64,000 nucleotides of DNA from a virus. Below the pieces are notes generated by a model. The model was given only the letters and a program-made list of their open reading frames with translations. It made no database searches and was not told where the DNA came from. Location of the stretch: the IMG/VR virus record IMGVR_UViG_3300035698_022014, positions 11,602 through 75,601 of that record; one strand, given 5' to 3'. This document shows positions 48,860 through 58,063 of the stretch, piece after piece; the stretch's first letter is position 1; each line of letters starts with the position of its first letter. The position numbers were made by a program, and so were the translations under genes.

Positions 48860-49480
48860 ATGATATCATTTAAACAGCACATGAACGAGAACTATAAGAA
48901 CTTCATAGGTCCCGCTGAAACAAGAGTTCAACGTGAGAAATGGATTGATCAAGTGTGGGACATCGTACAGAAGTCTTATGCACCGATTGGTGGGATTCAA
49001 GGAAGTGGTTTTGGCTCCAAAAAAGACATGATTGAAAAGATCCCCTTCTGGAAATTGTACACCAAGGGGGATAAACTTCTAGCTGCAGCCTTCTATAAAG
49101 ATAAGGGTGGGCGAAAGTCAGTTGCAATTGCAACTGACGGGTCTGATGCTGGCAAGAAAGTTGTCGTGGATATATTCAAAGCGTCTCTTGGCGTTTCATA
49201 TGGTGAAAAGTCAGGGCCTGCTCTTGCAATGATGGTAAAAACAGTCCCGTGGGACGTGTTGCAGAACTTCATGCTCACACCAAAGCAAATAGCAAGAATT
49301 AGTGGCGTGGATGTAATGACAGTGGCGGAGTTTGGTGTAGAACAGTTGAATCCAAAAGATAAATTTACATACGATAAATTTCCTCAATTACGTCCTTTCT
49401 TCTATGTGAGATCACTTGGTGGAGAGATGCATCTGAAAGCTGCGATGGGAACTCCTAATCTTGATATAATTTCAAAATAG
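48860..49480 (+). CDS. Late hypothetical protein, probable internal head protein
   Basis: GATAAATA at 48821-48828; N-terminus MISFKQHMNE. Confidence 0.65.
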   Translation: MISFKQHMNENYKNFIGPAETRVQREKWIDQVWDIVQKSYAPIGGIQGSGFGSKKDMIEKIPFWKLYTKGDKLLAAAFYKDKGGRKSVAIATDGSDAGKKVVVDIFKASLGVSYGEKSGPALAMMVKTVPWDVLQNFMLTPKQIARISGVDVMTVAEFGVEQLNPKDKFTYDKFPQLRPFFYVRSLGGEMHLKAAMGTPNLDIISK

Positions 49481-49531
49481 CGTTGACGTCCGTCTGTATT
49501 CAGCTTATAGATATACATAAGGAGACATACA

Positions 49532-50110
49532 GTGCATTACATTTACTTACACGGCTTCAATTCAGCGTATAGACAAGACTCACAGAAGGTTGTTGATCTT
49601 TCCACAATCGGAGAAGTTTCAGGTATTACGTACGATACCTTTGACACGTTCTCGAACATATTAAATCACATCGTCAGCCAAGTTCCTGATTCCTCAGATG
49701 TTGTGTTTGTTGGAACATCGCTTGGTGGCTTCTGGGCTGCGCATATGGGGAGATACTTTGGTGTCCCCTCTGTCATAATTAACCCATGTACTGATCCGTT
49801 TACAATGCTTCGTAAGTATGTAGGGTTGCCACAAGTCAACTATCAGACAGGCGAAGAACGTACCTTAACACAACGTAACGTGGATACCTATCGCACAGCT
49901 CTGGTGAACGACGAACAGTTTGATCTACTTCCTCTCGTACTTCTCGATATGGGCGATAAAACCATTGATTCACAAGAAACGTTAACCAGACTTCAAGGAT
50001 TCCCTACTAATACGTGGGAAGGTGGAAGTCACCAGTTTGAACACATGAAAGAAGCACTCGAACACGTCGCTGTGTATATCAATCACACCTCATACGTATG
50101 TAACACGTAA
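49532..50110 (+). CDS. YqiA/YcfP-family alpha/beta hydrolase (esterase)
   Basis: YLHGFNS, GTSLGG, INP, D.GD, GGSH.F. Confidence 0.9.
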   Translation: MHYIYLHGFNSAYRQDSQKVVDLSTIGEVSGITYDTFDTFSNILNHIVSQVPDSSDVVFVGTSLGGFWAAHMGRYFGVPSVIINPCTDPFTMLRKYVGLPQVNYQTGEERTLTQRNVDTYRTALVNDEQFDLLPLVLLDMGDKTIDSQETLTRLQGFPTNTWEGGSHQFEHMKEALEHVAVYINHTSYVCNT

Positions 50111-50144
50111 CACACACATATACAGTACTGATAAGGTGAGAAAA

Positions 50145-50306
50145 ATGTTTGAGGCTGCTTGCGAGATGTATGGTACTTGTATCGGCGAGATGTACTGTAA
50201 AGAAAAGACTGTCGATCGAATGATGAGCGTCTATAACATCAATGAAGAAGAAGCAGTTGCTCTTGTTGAAGCCGCGTTTGAAGAATGGGTTGAAGCATAC
50301 GAGTAA
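50145..50306 (+). CDS. Small acidic hypothetical protein (53 aa; not in the ORF track)
   Basis: AAGGTG RBS; MFEAACEMYG...WVEAYE. Confidence 0.5.
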   Translation: MFEAACEMYGTCIGEMYCKEKTVDRMMSVYNINEEEAVALVEAAFEEWVEAYE

Positions 50307-50343
50307 CACCAACTTATGTCCCACACAATGAAAGTGAATAATA

Positions 50344-50529
50344 ATGTATAATGTCTTTTTTACTCGACCGTACTCCAACAAACCGCAAATTGCCGAGTGT
50401 AGCACGTATACGCGTGCTCTGGAACGTCTCGACGAGGAACTGTCGAACGGCTCTGTCAAATGTCAAATGGTTTCTCAAGGCACATACGAAACTCTTGAGC
50501 GTGAAGAACAATTCCTTTATGAGGACTAA
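50344..50529 (+). CDS. Hypothetical protein
   Basis: ORF in co-directional context. Confidence 0.4.
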   Translation: MYNVFFTRPYSNKPQIAECSTYTRALERLDEELSNGSVKCQMVSQGTYETLEREEQFLYED

Positions 50530-50576
50530 AAAGCTGTTGGCCTCAATGAGCTAAACAGGTATCTTTACATTAAGCA

Positions 50577-50864
50577 ATGAAAGGCTTCAAAATGCAAAAA
50601 GAAATAGAAACTCTGATTCAGACAGTCGCCAATAACTACTTCACGTACACGGATCTGTATCCCAAAATCACACGCACAGAAGGCAAAAAGTACATCCGTA
50701 TTTCTGTAAACAATTCTGCGTGGGGCTTTGTTGTGAAAGAAGATGGTGGGAAGTTTCGTAAGGGGGACATCTTGAAAGCTGCTGGATACTCCACTCCAGC
50801 TAAAAACTTCTCACGTGGCAACATCTTAGATGGTGGATATGCAGCTTCGTGGACAGGAGCTTGA
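50577..50864 (+). CDS. Conserved phage hypothetical protein
   Basis: KYIRI..SAWGFV...GDILKAAG...PAKN..RGNI. Confidence 0.7.
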   Translation: MKGFKMQKEIETLIQTVANNYFTYTDLYPKITRTEGKKYIRISVNNSAWGFVVKEDGGKFRKGDILKAAGYSTPAKNFSRGNILDGGYAASWTGA

Positions 50865-51469
50865 TTAAAATTCAAGGTAAAATCGACCGTGAAGTAAACG
50901 TTGCTTGTTCAGGTGGAGTCGACTCCATGGCTGTTGTCGACTTCCTGATGCAAAACCACAAAGTGAATTTGTTGTTTTTTGATCATGGTACAGAGACATC
51001 AACTGATGCAAGAAACTTCATCACAGAGAAATTCACACAAAGAGAATTTTCTGATGGAACACGTGTTGAATTTGGCAACGTCCAAAACAGGAAAACAAAA
51101 TCTGAATCGTGGGAAGAATATTGGAGGAATGAACGATATGCGTGGTTCCACTCATTTGACAGTCCTGTTATTACCTGTCACCATCTTGACGACTGTGTTG
51201 AAACGTGGCTATGGTCATCCATTCATGGGAACGGTAAGATTATCCCATATGCAAACCTAAACGTCATCCGTCCGTTCCGCCAGAACAGAAAAACAGAATT
51301 TACCAACTGGGCAAGACGAAAGGACATCTCTTGGATCGAGGATGCATCTAATCAAGATGTGAAACACATGAGAAACTTCATTCGTCGTGATCTCATGCCT
51401 AAAGCATTGGTTGTCAACCCTGGACTGCACAAAGTTGTGGAAAAGAAGGTTGTGGCAGATGCACCCTAA
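50861..51469 (+). CDS. tilS: TilS-like PP-loop ATPase (catalytic domain only)
   Basis: ACSGGVDS, R..RY, T.HH.DD..ET, IRP, W.ED.SN......RN.IR. Confidence 0.82.
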   Translation: MIKIQGKIDREVNVACSGGVDSMAVVDFLMQNHKVNLLFFDHGTETSTDARNFITEKFTQREFSDGTRVEFGNVQNRKTKSESWEEYWRNERYAWFHSFDSPVITCHHLDDCVETWLWSSIHGNGKIIPYANLNVIRPFRQNRKTEFTNWARRKDISWIEDASNQDVKHMRNFIRRDLMPKALVVNPGLHKVVEKKVVADAP

Positions 51470-51629
51470 CGATGACGAATATAAGCAGTTCAAACAATCT
51501 TTTTGGTTGTGGTTTGACGAACTCTCGATTAAAGACAAAGATAAGTTCTGGAGTTATAAAGATGACATATCTGAAACAAACTACTATTTCTCTATGTGGT
51601 CAAAAATTAACAAGGACAACTACAAATGA
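51459..51629 (+). CDS. Hypothetical protein
   Basis: Overlaps both neighbours; aromatic-rich. Confidence 0.5.
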   Translation: MHPNDDEYKQFKQSFWLWFDELSIKDKDKFWSYKDDISETNYYFSMWSKINKDNYK

Positions 51630-51990
51630 AGCCTCCAATTCACGCGCGGAACTGAGTTCCGCGATATGGTGGAACAGTTGAAAACTATATCGAAATTCAC
51701 AACTGGTTTGACAGTACAAAAGCGTCCACAGCAAATTTTTACCATCGAGCAATCCTCCACAACACGTTTGGGATCTTCCTCTGTGAGCAGTTGTTTGGTG
51801 TTTACATCACCAATACAGATGGCAAGCAAATATCTGTTCGGGACATTGCTGAGGATCATGTTAAAGAAGATTGTCAAGGTAAGATCCCTACCATCGACCA
51901 TCCAATCTTGGGGATTTGCCTCCACAAGATTGGATGGTCGGCAAAGGTTTGCGAAAGCACATAATTAATATGGGAATGGAGGCTGATTAA
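51626..51990 (+). pseudogene. Conserved phage protein (DUF6915-like) with a TGA at codon 10 and a frameshift near 51900
   Basis: MKPPIHARN*VPRYGG...IHNWFDSTK...HRAILH..FGIFLCEQLFG..ITN.DG..ISVR.I.E.HV.ED...IP, then LPPQDWM in another frame ending TAATG into the next gene. Confidence 0.75.
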
Positions 51991-52277
51991 TGGAAAGACA
52001 AGAGTTTAACGAGATTGTAGATGGTGATAGTGAAGATTATTTGCACGTCAATGAGGTAACGATCAAAGATCAGAGTCGGTGGTCAATCTACAAGAGTATT
52101 GTAGTGCAACAGTTTTCGACAGCGAAATTCTTCGAGTGTTATTGGGGCGAAGGCGCCACAGAGATACAAGATGGCCAAGACGAGATGTGGACTTTTCATG
52201 AGGTCGAATCATACACTGTTTCAGAAACAAAATGGAGGCCCGTCAAAGATGGGATTTTAATTGAAGGGAGTCGTTAA
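51990..52277 (+). CDS. Conserved phage hypothetical protein
   Basis: SRWS...GATE.Q motif; GGAGG RBS. Confidence 0.65.
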   Translation: MERQEFNEIVDGDSEDYLHVNEVTIKDQSRWSIYKSIVVQQFSTAKFFECYWGEGATEIQDGQDEMWTFHEVESYTVSETKWRPVKDGILIEGSR

Positions 52278-52279
52278 AA

Positions 52280-52954
52280 ATGGACACGAAAGTACTCAAA
52301 CTGCTGAAATTTGAATGTGATGATCTTAACAACCAGACAAAAGCGTTAAAGACGAAGATGCAAGCGAAGTCGCGTGACCTGATGGTAGAAGGGTTCAAAG
52401 AGTTTTTTACGCGTCATGGGGAGCACGTTCAAAACCTGTTTTGGACCCAATACACCCCACATTTTAACGACGGTGAGGAATGTTCGTTTGGTGTCAGTGA
52501 GGTCTATATATTGCTCAAGGGCGACGAAGAAGCGTGCGAGTATGAAGGGTCGCTACTGTACGACCAAGAGAAAGTCGTTGAAATTGAAAATGACATTGCC
52601 ACAACTATTGCATGGCAAAAAGATCCTATTGGTACGGCACAGAAGTACGCAAATGATTATTTCGCAAAGTATAAGAGGGATCTGTTCCAAGTAAATACTT
52701 GGGACAGAGAAACTGTTCAACAAAAAATGGAAAAATGGACACCGTCTCGTCAGAGCATCGTCGAACTTAACACTGAGCTACTATTTGCTACGCAGTTTGT
52801 TTCGAAAAGCAAGAATCTCAAAGAAGACTTCGAACACATCAAGAGGATAGTTGAATCGATGGACGACGATATGATGAAAATGGTGTTTGGTAATCATGTC
52901 AAGGTGATTGTTTCTAATGATAGTCTTGAAGTAGAAGAATATGATCACGACTGA
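52280..52954 (+). CDS. Conserved phage hypothetical protein
   Basis: WTQYTP.FNDGE.C.F, FG.HV.V, EY.HD end. Confidence 0.7.
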   Translation: MDTKVLKLLKFECDDLNNQTKALKTKMQAKSRDLMVEGFKEFFTRHGEHVQNLFWTQYTPHFNDGEECSFGVSEVYILLKGDEEACEYEGSLLYDQEKVVEIENDIATTIAWQKDPIGTAQKYANDYFAKYKRDLFQVNTWDRETVQQKMEKWTPSRQSIVELNTELLFATQFVSKSKNLKEDFEHIKRIVESMDDDMMKMVFGNHVKVIVSNDSLEVEEYDHD

Positions 52955-52983
52955 TGTTTGTTGAAAAATGAAAGGAATCCACT

Positions 52984-53235
52984 ATGTTTGAAGTTATAAT
53001 TATGGTTTGCGCCAGCACATTTGCGTTTGAGGTTGACTTTGATAATTGCACACACTTAAAAGATGCGTGGGGTCCGTACAAAACAGAATACAATTGTGAG
53101 ATAAGGTCGAATCAATTGTCGAAAGAACTACTTGTTGGCGAGCTTAATGGACACTTTACAGTATTATTAGACTATCCTGAGATGCTATATGTAATGGGAC
53201 ATTGTAGAAAAGTGGACGGTAATGACATAACATAA
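52984..53235 (+). CDS. Hypothetical Cys-containing protein
   Basis: AAGGA RBS; C..D..GPY.T...C..R. Confidence 0.55.
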   Translation: MFEVIIMVCASTFAFEVDFDNCTHLKDAWGPYKTEYNCEIRSNQLSKELLVGELNGHFTVLLDYPEMLYVMGHCRKVDGNDIT

Positions 53236-53266
53236 ATAGCTGTAACCTCTAACTAGGAAGCAACTA

Positions 53267-53575
53267 ATGAATACATTCAAGGAATACATCGTCGAGTCGG
53301 AAGCACAGCTGAAAGCAGCAGGTGTTTCCAAGTACAACGAACCAAAAAGAACGCCCTCACATGCAACAAAATCCCATGTGGTCGTCGCAAAAGAGGGCGG
53401 TAAAATTAAACTGATTCGGTTTGGCGAACAAGGAGCAGAAACTGCTGGTGAGCCTAAAAAAGGCGAATCGGATAGAATGATAGCTAAACGTAAATCATTC
53501 AAGGCACGACACGGTGCAGACATCGCTCGTGGTAAAATGAGTGCAGCGTATTGGTCTGACAAGGAAAAATGGTGA
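53267..53575 (+). CDS. Small basic late protein, probable internal head protein
   Basis: CATAAATA at 53231-53238; MNTFKEYIVE; RFG..G, R.SF.ARH, SA.YW. Confidence 0.7.
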   Translation: MNTFKEYIVESEAQLKAAGVSKYNEPKRTPSHATKSHVVVAKEGGKIKLIRFGEQGAETAGEPKKGESDRMIAKRKSFKARHGADIARGKMSAAYWSDKEKW

Positions 53576-53649
53576 TCAACACTGTTGACTAAAATTGTTG
53601 TGACTGTATAGTTAGACATGCAAAGCAATTTATAAATGGAGGATTTGTT

Positions 53650-54138
53650 ATGAAAATTGAATATCGTCATGGTGATGTGTTGAGTACAGACGTCACTCAC
53701 ATTGTACATGGCTGTAATAGTCACGGAGTGATGGGTTCTGGCGTTGCTAAGATGGTCAGAGCAAAATACCCCGTTGCATATCAAAGATATGTAGATGAGT
53801 ACAACTGTGTTGGTCTTAAACTAGGCACAGTCATTCCTTCTATTCAACCTGACGGCAAAGTGATTTATAATGCCATCACACAGCAAGACTATGGTACTAA
53901 TAAAAATGTAGTCTATAATTCCATCGTACAGCAAGACTACGGTACAAGCAAAAATGTAGTTTATGTGTCGTATTGGGCGATTGCCGAAGCTTTCAGACGT
54001 ATTGATTCGGCCAATATCAAAAAGATTGCGCTGCCGATGATTGGTGCAGGATTAGCAAACGGAGATTGGAATGTAATCTCTGCAATCATCGAAAACACCC
54101 TGACACGAACATTGCCTGTGGTATACATCTACGAATAA
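53650..54138 (+). CDS. Macrodomain protein (ADP-ribose binding/hydrolase)
   Basis: GDV, HGCN..G.MG.GVA, P.IGAGLA.GDW. Confidence 0.9.
   Translation: MKIEYRHGDVLSTDVTHIVHGCNSHGVMGSGVAKMVRAKYPVAYQRYVDEYNCVGLKLGTVIPSIQPDGKVIYNAITQQDYGTNKNVVYNSIVQQDYGTSKNVVYVSYWAIAEAFRRIDSANIKKIALPMIGAGLANGDWNVISAIIENTLTRTLPVVYIYE
53866..53961 (+). repeat. In-frame 48-bp tandem duplication inside the macrodomain gene
   Basis: YNAITQQDYGTNKNVV / YNSIVQQDYGTSKNVV. Confidence 0.9.
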
Positions 54139-54292
54139 CTTTTTGTGGTCTTCGTGTCACGTTGAACAAACACCAAACGGTTGGACGATTTTATATCCTG
54201 ACAACACAAGTGCTTAGTCTCAAACTTTCAAAACGAGGGGTTGGGCTACAAGAACGCTGAATTGGCTCAACAAACAGTAGTAATTAGGATAG

Positions 54293-54323
54293 TTGACATT
54301 GTGTGATTTCCCAGGTATAAATA
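54293..54323 (+). promoter_or_regulatory. Overlapping sigma70 and late promoter
   Basis: TTGACA-N17-TATAAATA. Confidence 0.7.
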
Positions 54324-54363
54324 GTCTTACGTCTGCGAAGTTTTAACAAAGAAAGCAAACCCA

Positions 54364-54531
54364 ATGAAACAAAAGAAGAAAAAGGGCCTGCCCAAACAAA
54401 GAAACGAGTTTGTTGTGCAGCTGATTCAAAGAGCAGGAGCAGGTGCAGGAAGTCATCAGAAGTCGAAAAAGGCTTCGAGACGTGACGATAAAATGAAACT
54501 GAACAAGGAATGGTCAATCAAGGTCACTTAA
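54364..54531 (+). CDS. 55-aa basic protein, candidate alternative ribosome-rescue factor (not in the ORF track)
   Basis: MKQKKKKGLPKQRNEFVVQLIQRAGAGAGSHQKSKKASRRDDKMKLNKEWSIKVT; 3' end folds into a 24-bp hairpin. Confidence 0.6.
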   Translation: MKQKKKKGLPKQRNEFVVQLIQRAGAGAGSHQKSKKASRRDDKMKLNKEWSIKVT

Positions 54532-54620
54532 TCACAGTGTCTTTCGTTGACTGTTCCTTTTGATGTTTTATGCATTGTAACTGTCAGAACCCCCAATTAC
54601 CCAAATAGGAGGCTTGAACC

Positions 54621-54818
54621 ATGTTTCAGCTTAATAGACGCGACCTGAGACTTACTCAGGAAGAACGTGACATGATCGATGTAGCAGTTAAAGCAGGCAA
54701 TGTAAACGTCGTTGAATTGGGGAGTGTAGGCTATGTTGACAAGTTTCAACAGAAGCGGGACGATGCACGTAAAGAGCGTGCAAGATTGCGAGCGATTGAA
54801 AAGAAGGCAGAAGAGTAA
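54621..54818 (+). CDS. Hypothetical protein
   Basis: AGGAGG RBS. Confidence 0.6.
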   Translation: MFQLNRRDLRLTQEERDMIDVAVKAGNVNVVELGSVGYVDKFQQKRDDARKERARLRAIEKKAEE

Positions 54819-54820
54819 TT

Positions 54821-56650
54821 ATGACTGAAAAATTTGAAATACTGACACCACGTCAACACGTAAGGCTAAAAACAGGGATGTGGCTTGGTTCGACATCTAT
54901 CGAGGAGATCGATAGGTTTGTTGTGGGCAAGTGGGATAGAGTGTCCTATGTTCCTGCATTGTCAAAAATGATCGACGAGATTGTTGATAATAGCATCGAC
55001 GAAGCAATCAGAACAGATTTCAAGCACGCCAATAAAATAGGGGTCTCTATTGACGGTGATACTGTCACCATCGTTGATAATGGTAGAGGGATCCCACAGG
55101 ATGATATTCTAGATGTATCCACCAACGAAATGATTTCAAGACCTGTTGCAGCGTGGACAAGAAACAATTCTGGTACGAGCTTTTCAAGTGAAAGAACATC
55201 TATTGGCTCGCACGGACTCGGGGCAGCGCTTGTAAATTACATGTCAACAAGTTTTGTTGGACACACATGGCAGAATGGTAAATGCATTGAGGTAAATTGT
55301 CTCAATGGTGCTGAAACAATTGAGACAAAAACGAAGAAGAAAGAAGGGCATGGCACATCTGTATCCTTTACTCCTGATTTCAGTCTTTTAGAAGTTAGTG
55401 GAGTATTAGAGCTTGATACCGTTGCTTTGGTTGAAGATAGGTTGATGTCTCTACAATTGGCATTTCCTGAAATTCAGTTCTCGTTCAATGGAAGCAAGAT
55501 TAAGGTAACCGATCTCAAAAAGTATGCAGCGTTGTTTACTCCACAAGATGCGTCCGTAATTGTTGAAAAGACAGACGACCTATCGTTCTTCTTTGCTGCG
55601 TCTGATGACGGGTTTCGTTCAAATAGCTTTGTCAATGGTGTGAATACACGTCAGGGTGGTGTGTATGTTGACTACATCGTCAACAATGTGGTGGACGAAC
55701 TTGGTGGAATGATCAAAAAGAAATACAAAATTGAAGTTGCTAAATCCACATTGAAGAATGGGATCACCTTTGTGATGTTTGCACGTGGCTTCACAAACCC
55801 AAAGTTCGACAGTCAGACTAAAGAGAGATTGACCAATCCACTTATAGATGTTCGGGAACATTTTGAGAAATCAGGCACGAAACCTTTTCAACACATTGCT
55901 AAGAGACTGTTTGTGGCACATGATATCATCGAGCCGATCATTGCTGCTCAGATTGCAAAGAAAGAGCAACAAGATCGACGTGAGGCACTTCAAGCACAAA
56001 AGAAACTCAAGAAGGTTAAAGTTGCAAAACACATTTCTGCCTCCTCGCCTGATGCGACACTCTTCTTGACTGAAGGCCAATCTGCATCAGGTTTTTGTAT
56101 CAAAGTTCGCGACCCAAAAATGCACGGGATGTATCCTTTGCGTGGTAAGGTAATGAACATCTGGGACATGAAGGCATCAGACGTTTTGAAAAACAAAGAA
56201 CTTAGTGAACTTGTCGCTGTCCTCGGACTGAACATTAACGATCCGAGCAGCGCTGAATTTGCTCACTATAAGAACATTGCAATCCTCGCTGACGCTGATA
56301 AAGACGGTGGACACATTGCTGCTCTTCTGGTAACATTCTTCTATAAGTTTTGGCCAAAACTGTTGTCTGATGGTCGGATCAGAATCACGCGAACACCTAT
56401 TATGATCTCCACAAAGGGCAAGGAGACATCGTGGTTCTACACATATAAGGAAGCAGAGGAATTCAAAAAGGATGCAACTAATGGGTATGTACATCGCTTC
56501 ATAAAAGGTCTTGGATCTCTTGAAGAGAGTGAGTATTCTGTGATTCTGAACGACCCAACAATGGATCAGGTTACAGTCGATGATGTAGGACTGTTTGAAG
56601 TGATGTTTGGCAGTGACTCGAGCCTCCGCAAAAAGTTCATGCTGACATGA
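54821..56650 (+). CDS. Type II topoisomerase large subunit (fused gp39+gp60)
   Basis: EIVDNS.DE, DNGRGIP, FDSQTKE, TEG.SA, PLRGK, DADKDG.HI, KGLGS. Confidence 0.95.
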   Translation: MTEKFEILTPRQHVRLKTGMWLGSTSIEEIDRFVVGKWDRVSYVPALSKMIDEIVDNSIDEAIRTDFKHANKIGVSIDGDTVTIVDNGRGIPQDDILDVSTNEMISRPVAAWTRNNSGTSFSSERTSIGSHGLGAALVNYMSTSFVGHTWQNGKCIEVNCLNGAETIETKTKKKEGHGTSVSFTPDFSLLEVSGVLELDTVALVEDRLMSLQLAFPEIQFSFNGSKIKVTDLKKYAALFTPQDASVIVEKTDDLSFFFAASDDGFRSNSFVNGVNTRQGGVYVDYIVNNVVDELGGMIKKKYKIEVAKSTLKNGITFVMFARGFTNPKFDSQTKERLTNPLIDVREHFEKSGTKPFQHIAKRLFVAHDIIEPIIAAQIAKKEQQDRREALQAQKKLKKVKVAKHISASSPDATLFLTEGQSASGFCIKVRDPKMHGMYPLRGKVMNIWDMKASDVLKNKELSELVAVLGLNINDPSSAEFAHYKNIAILADADKDGGHIAALLVTFFYKFWPKLLSDGRIRITRTPIMISTKGKETSWFYTYKEAEEFKKDATNGYVHRFIKGLGSLEESEYSVILNDPTMDQVTVDDVGLFEVMFGSDSSLRKKFMLT

Positions 56651-58038
56651 GCAACCAACTAACAGACTTCTTTGAACAAGACGAACAAACACAGCGAAAG
56701 GATACTCCTCAAGTGTCGAAATCTAACATCAAAATGTATCCTCTTTCCGCGCTTGCAAGCAACGAGTTGAAAGATTACGCAATGTATACTATTGAGTCAC
56801 GTGCAATTCCAAACATGATCGATGGCATGAAACCTGTCAATAGGTTTTACCTTTATTCGTCTATCAAAAACTCCAAGAAGGAATTTAAGAAGGTGTCTGC
56901 TGTATCAGGCGTAGTCTCAGGATATGGTTACAACCACGGTGAGACGTCTGCTGCTGCAGCAGGTCAGTTAATGGCTGCAGATTGGGCAAATAACATATGT
57001 TTGATTCAAGGACGTGGGTCGTTTGGAACACGACTGGTCAACGATGCTGCTGCTCCACGATACACATATACAAAATTGCACGACAACTTCGAGAAGTATA
57101 TCAAGGACATTGACATCGCTCCTGTTCATAGTGACCCTGAGCATGAGCCTCCTGCATTCTACGTTCCGTCGATTCCGCTTGTTCTTGTAAATGGTATCAA
57201 GGGAATTGGTACAGGATTCGCAACAAACATTCTACCACGCGATCCTATCGAGCTTGCACGTGCATGTGAAGAGTATATCAATACAGGTGACGTAGTCAAT
57301 AAGGTCAATCTGAAGTTTCCCGATTTTCGAGGAACAGTGACGTACGACGTCGAGAATGATCGCTATGTCAGTCGTGGTATTTTTGAACGTAAGGGCAAGA
57401 CTGTTGTCACGATTACAGAAGTCCCTTATGGTTACGATAGAGAAAATTACGTGAAGATTCTCGATGTTCTTGAAGATAAGGGCCTGATCGTTTCATATGA
57501 TGATCTGTGTGACAAGGACGGATTTAAGTTTGAGGTCAAGCTCAAGCAAAACACCTCATCAGGATGGAGCGATGAAAAGATTCTCACGCAGTTTAAACTT
57601 GAGAAAATGTTCACAGAGAATCTTGTTGTAATCGATCACAATGGAAAGTTACGTGAGTATAAAGATGAGCGACAGCTGATCAAAGACTTTTGTGACTATC
57701 GCAATACTGTAATTGAAAAAAGAATTGCAAAAAGGATCGAGGAGTATGTTGAAGAGACGAGATGGCTCAATGCTAAAATGGAATTTATTCAGGCGGTAAT
57801 CGACAACAAGATTATATTCAAGAACATGAAAAAAGACCGTGTAGCAAAACAAATTGTTGACAACACATCTGCCAAAGACGAAGATGTTGATAAGCTGCTA
57901 CGAGTCAACATCATGAGTCTTACAGACGAAATGGTCAAGCAACTCGAAAAAGAATGTCAGGATGCGGAAGTTCAGTTGAAGTTTTGGTCCAAGACAACCA
58001 TCAAGAAGCAGTTTCTCGACGACTTGAAGCAACTGTGA
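56647..58038 (+). CDS. Type II topoisomerase medium subunit gp52
   Basis: RAIP..IDG.KPV.R, Y.HGE.S, AAPRY. Confidence 0.95.
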   Translation: MSNQLTDFFEQDEQTQRKDTPQVSKSNIKMYPLSALASNELKDYAMYTIESRAIPNMIDGMKPVNRFYLYSSIKNSKKEFKKVSAVSGVVSGYGYNHGETSAAAAGQLMAADWANNICLIQGRGSFGTRLVNDAAAPRYTYTKLHDNFEKYIKDIDIAPVHSDPEHEPPAFYVPSIPLVLVNGIKGIGTGFATNILPRDPIELARACEEYINTGDVVNKVNLKFPDFRGTVTYDVENDRYVSRGIFERKGKTVVTITEVPYGYDRENYVKILDVLEDKGLIVSYDDLCDKDGFKFEVKLKQNTSSGWSDEKILTQFKLEKMFTENLVVIDHNGKLREYKDERQLIKDFCDYRNTVIEKRIAKRIEEYVEETRWLNAKMEFIQAVIDNKIIFKNMKKDRVAKQIVDNTSAKDEDVDKLLRVNIMSLTDEMVKQLEKECQDAEVQLKFWSKTTIKKQFLDDLKQL

Positions 58039-58063
58039 ATAAACAAATTGGAGGAATTATAAC

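Noticed and set aside
51653-51655. Selenocysteine or TGA recoding in the DUF6915-like gene
   Set aside because: The position looks like Ser rather than Cys, the TGA is in the hairpin loop rather than 5' of a SECIS-like stem, and the gene has a second, frameshifting lesion
54821-56650. T4 gene 60-type translational bypass in the topoisomerase
   Set aside because: gp39 and gp60 form one uninterrupted 609-aa ORF
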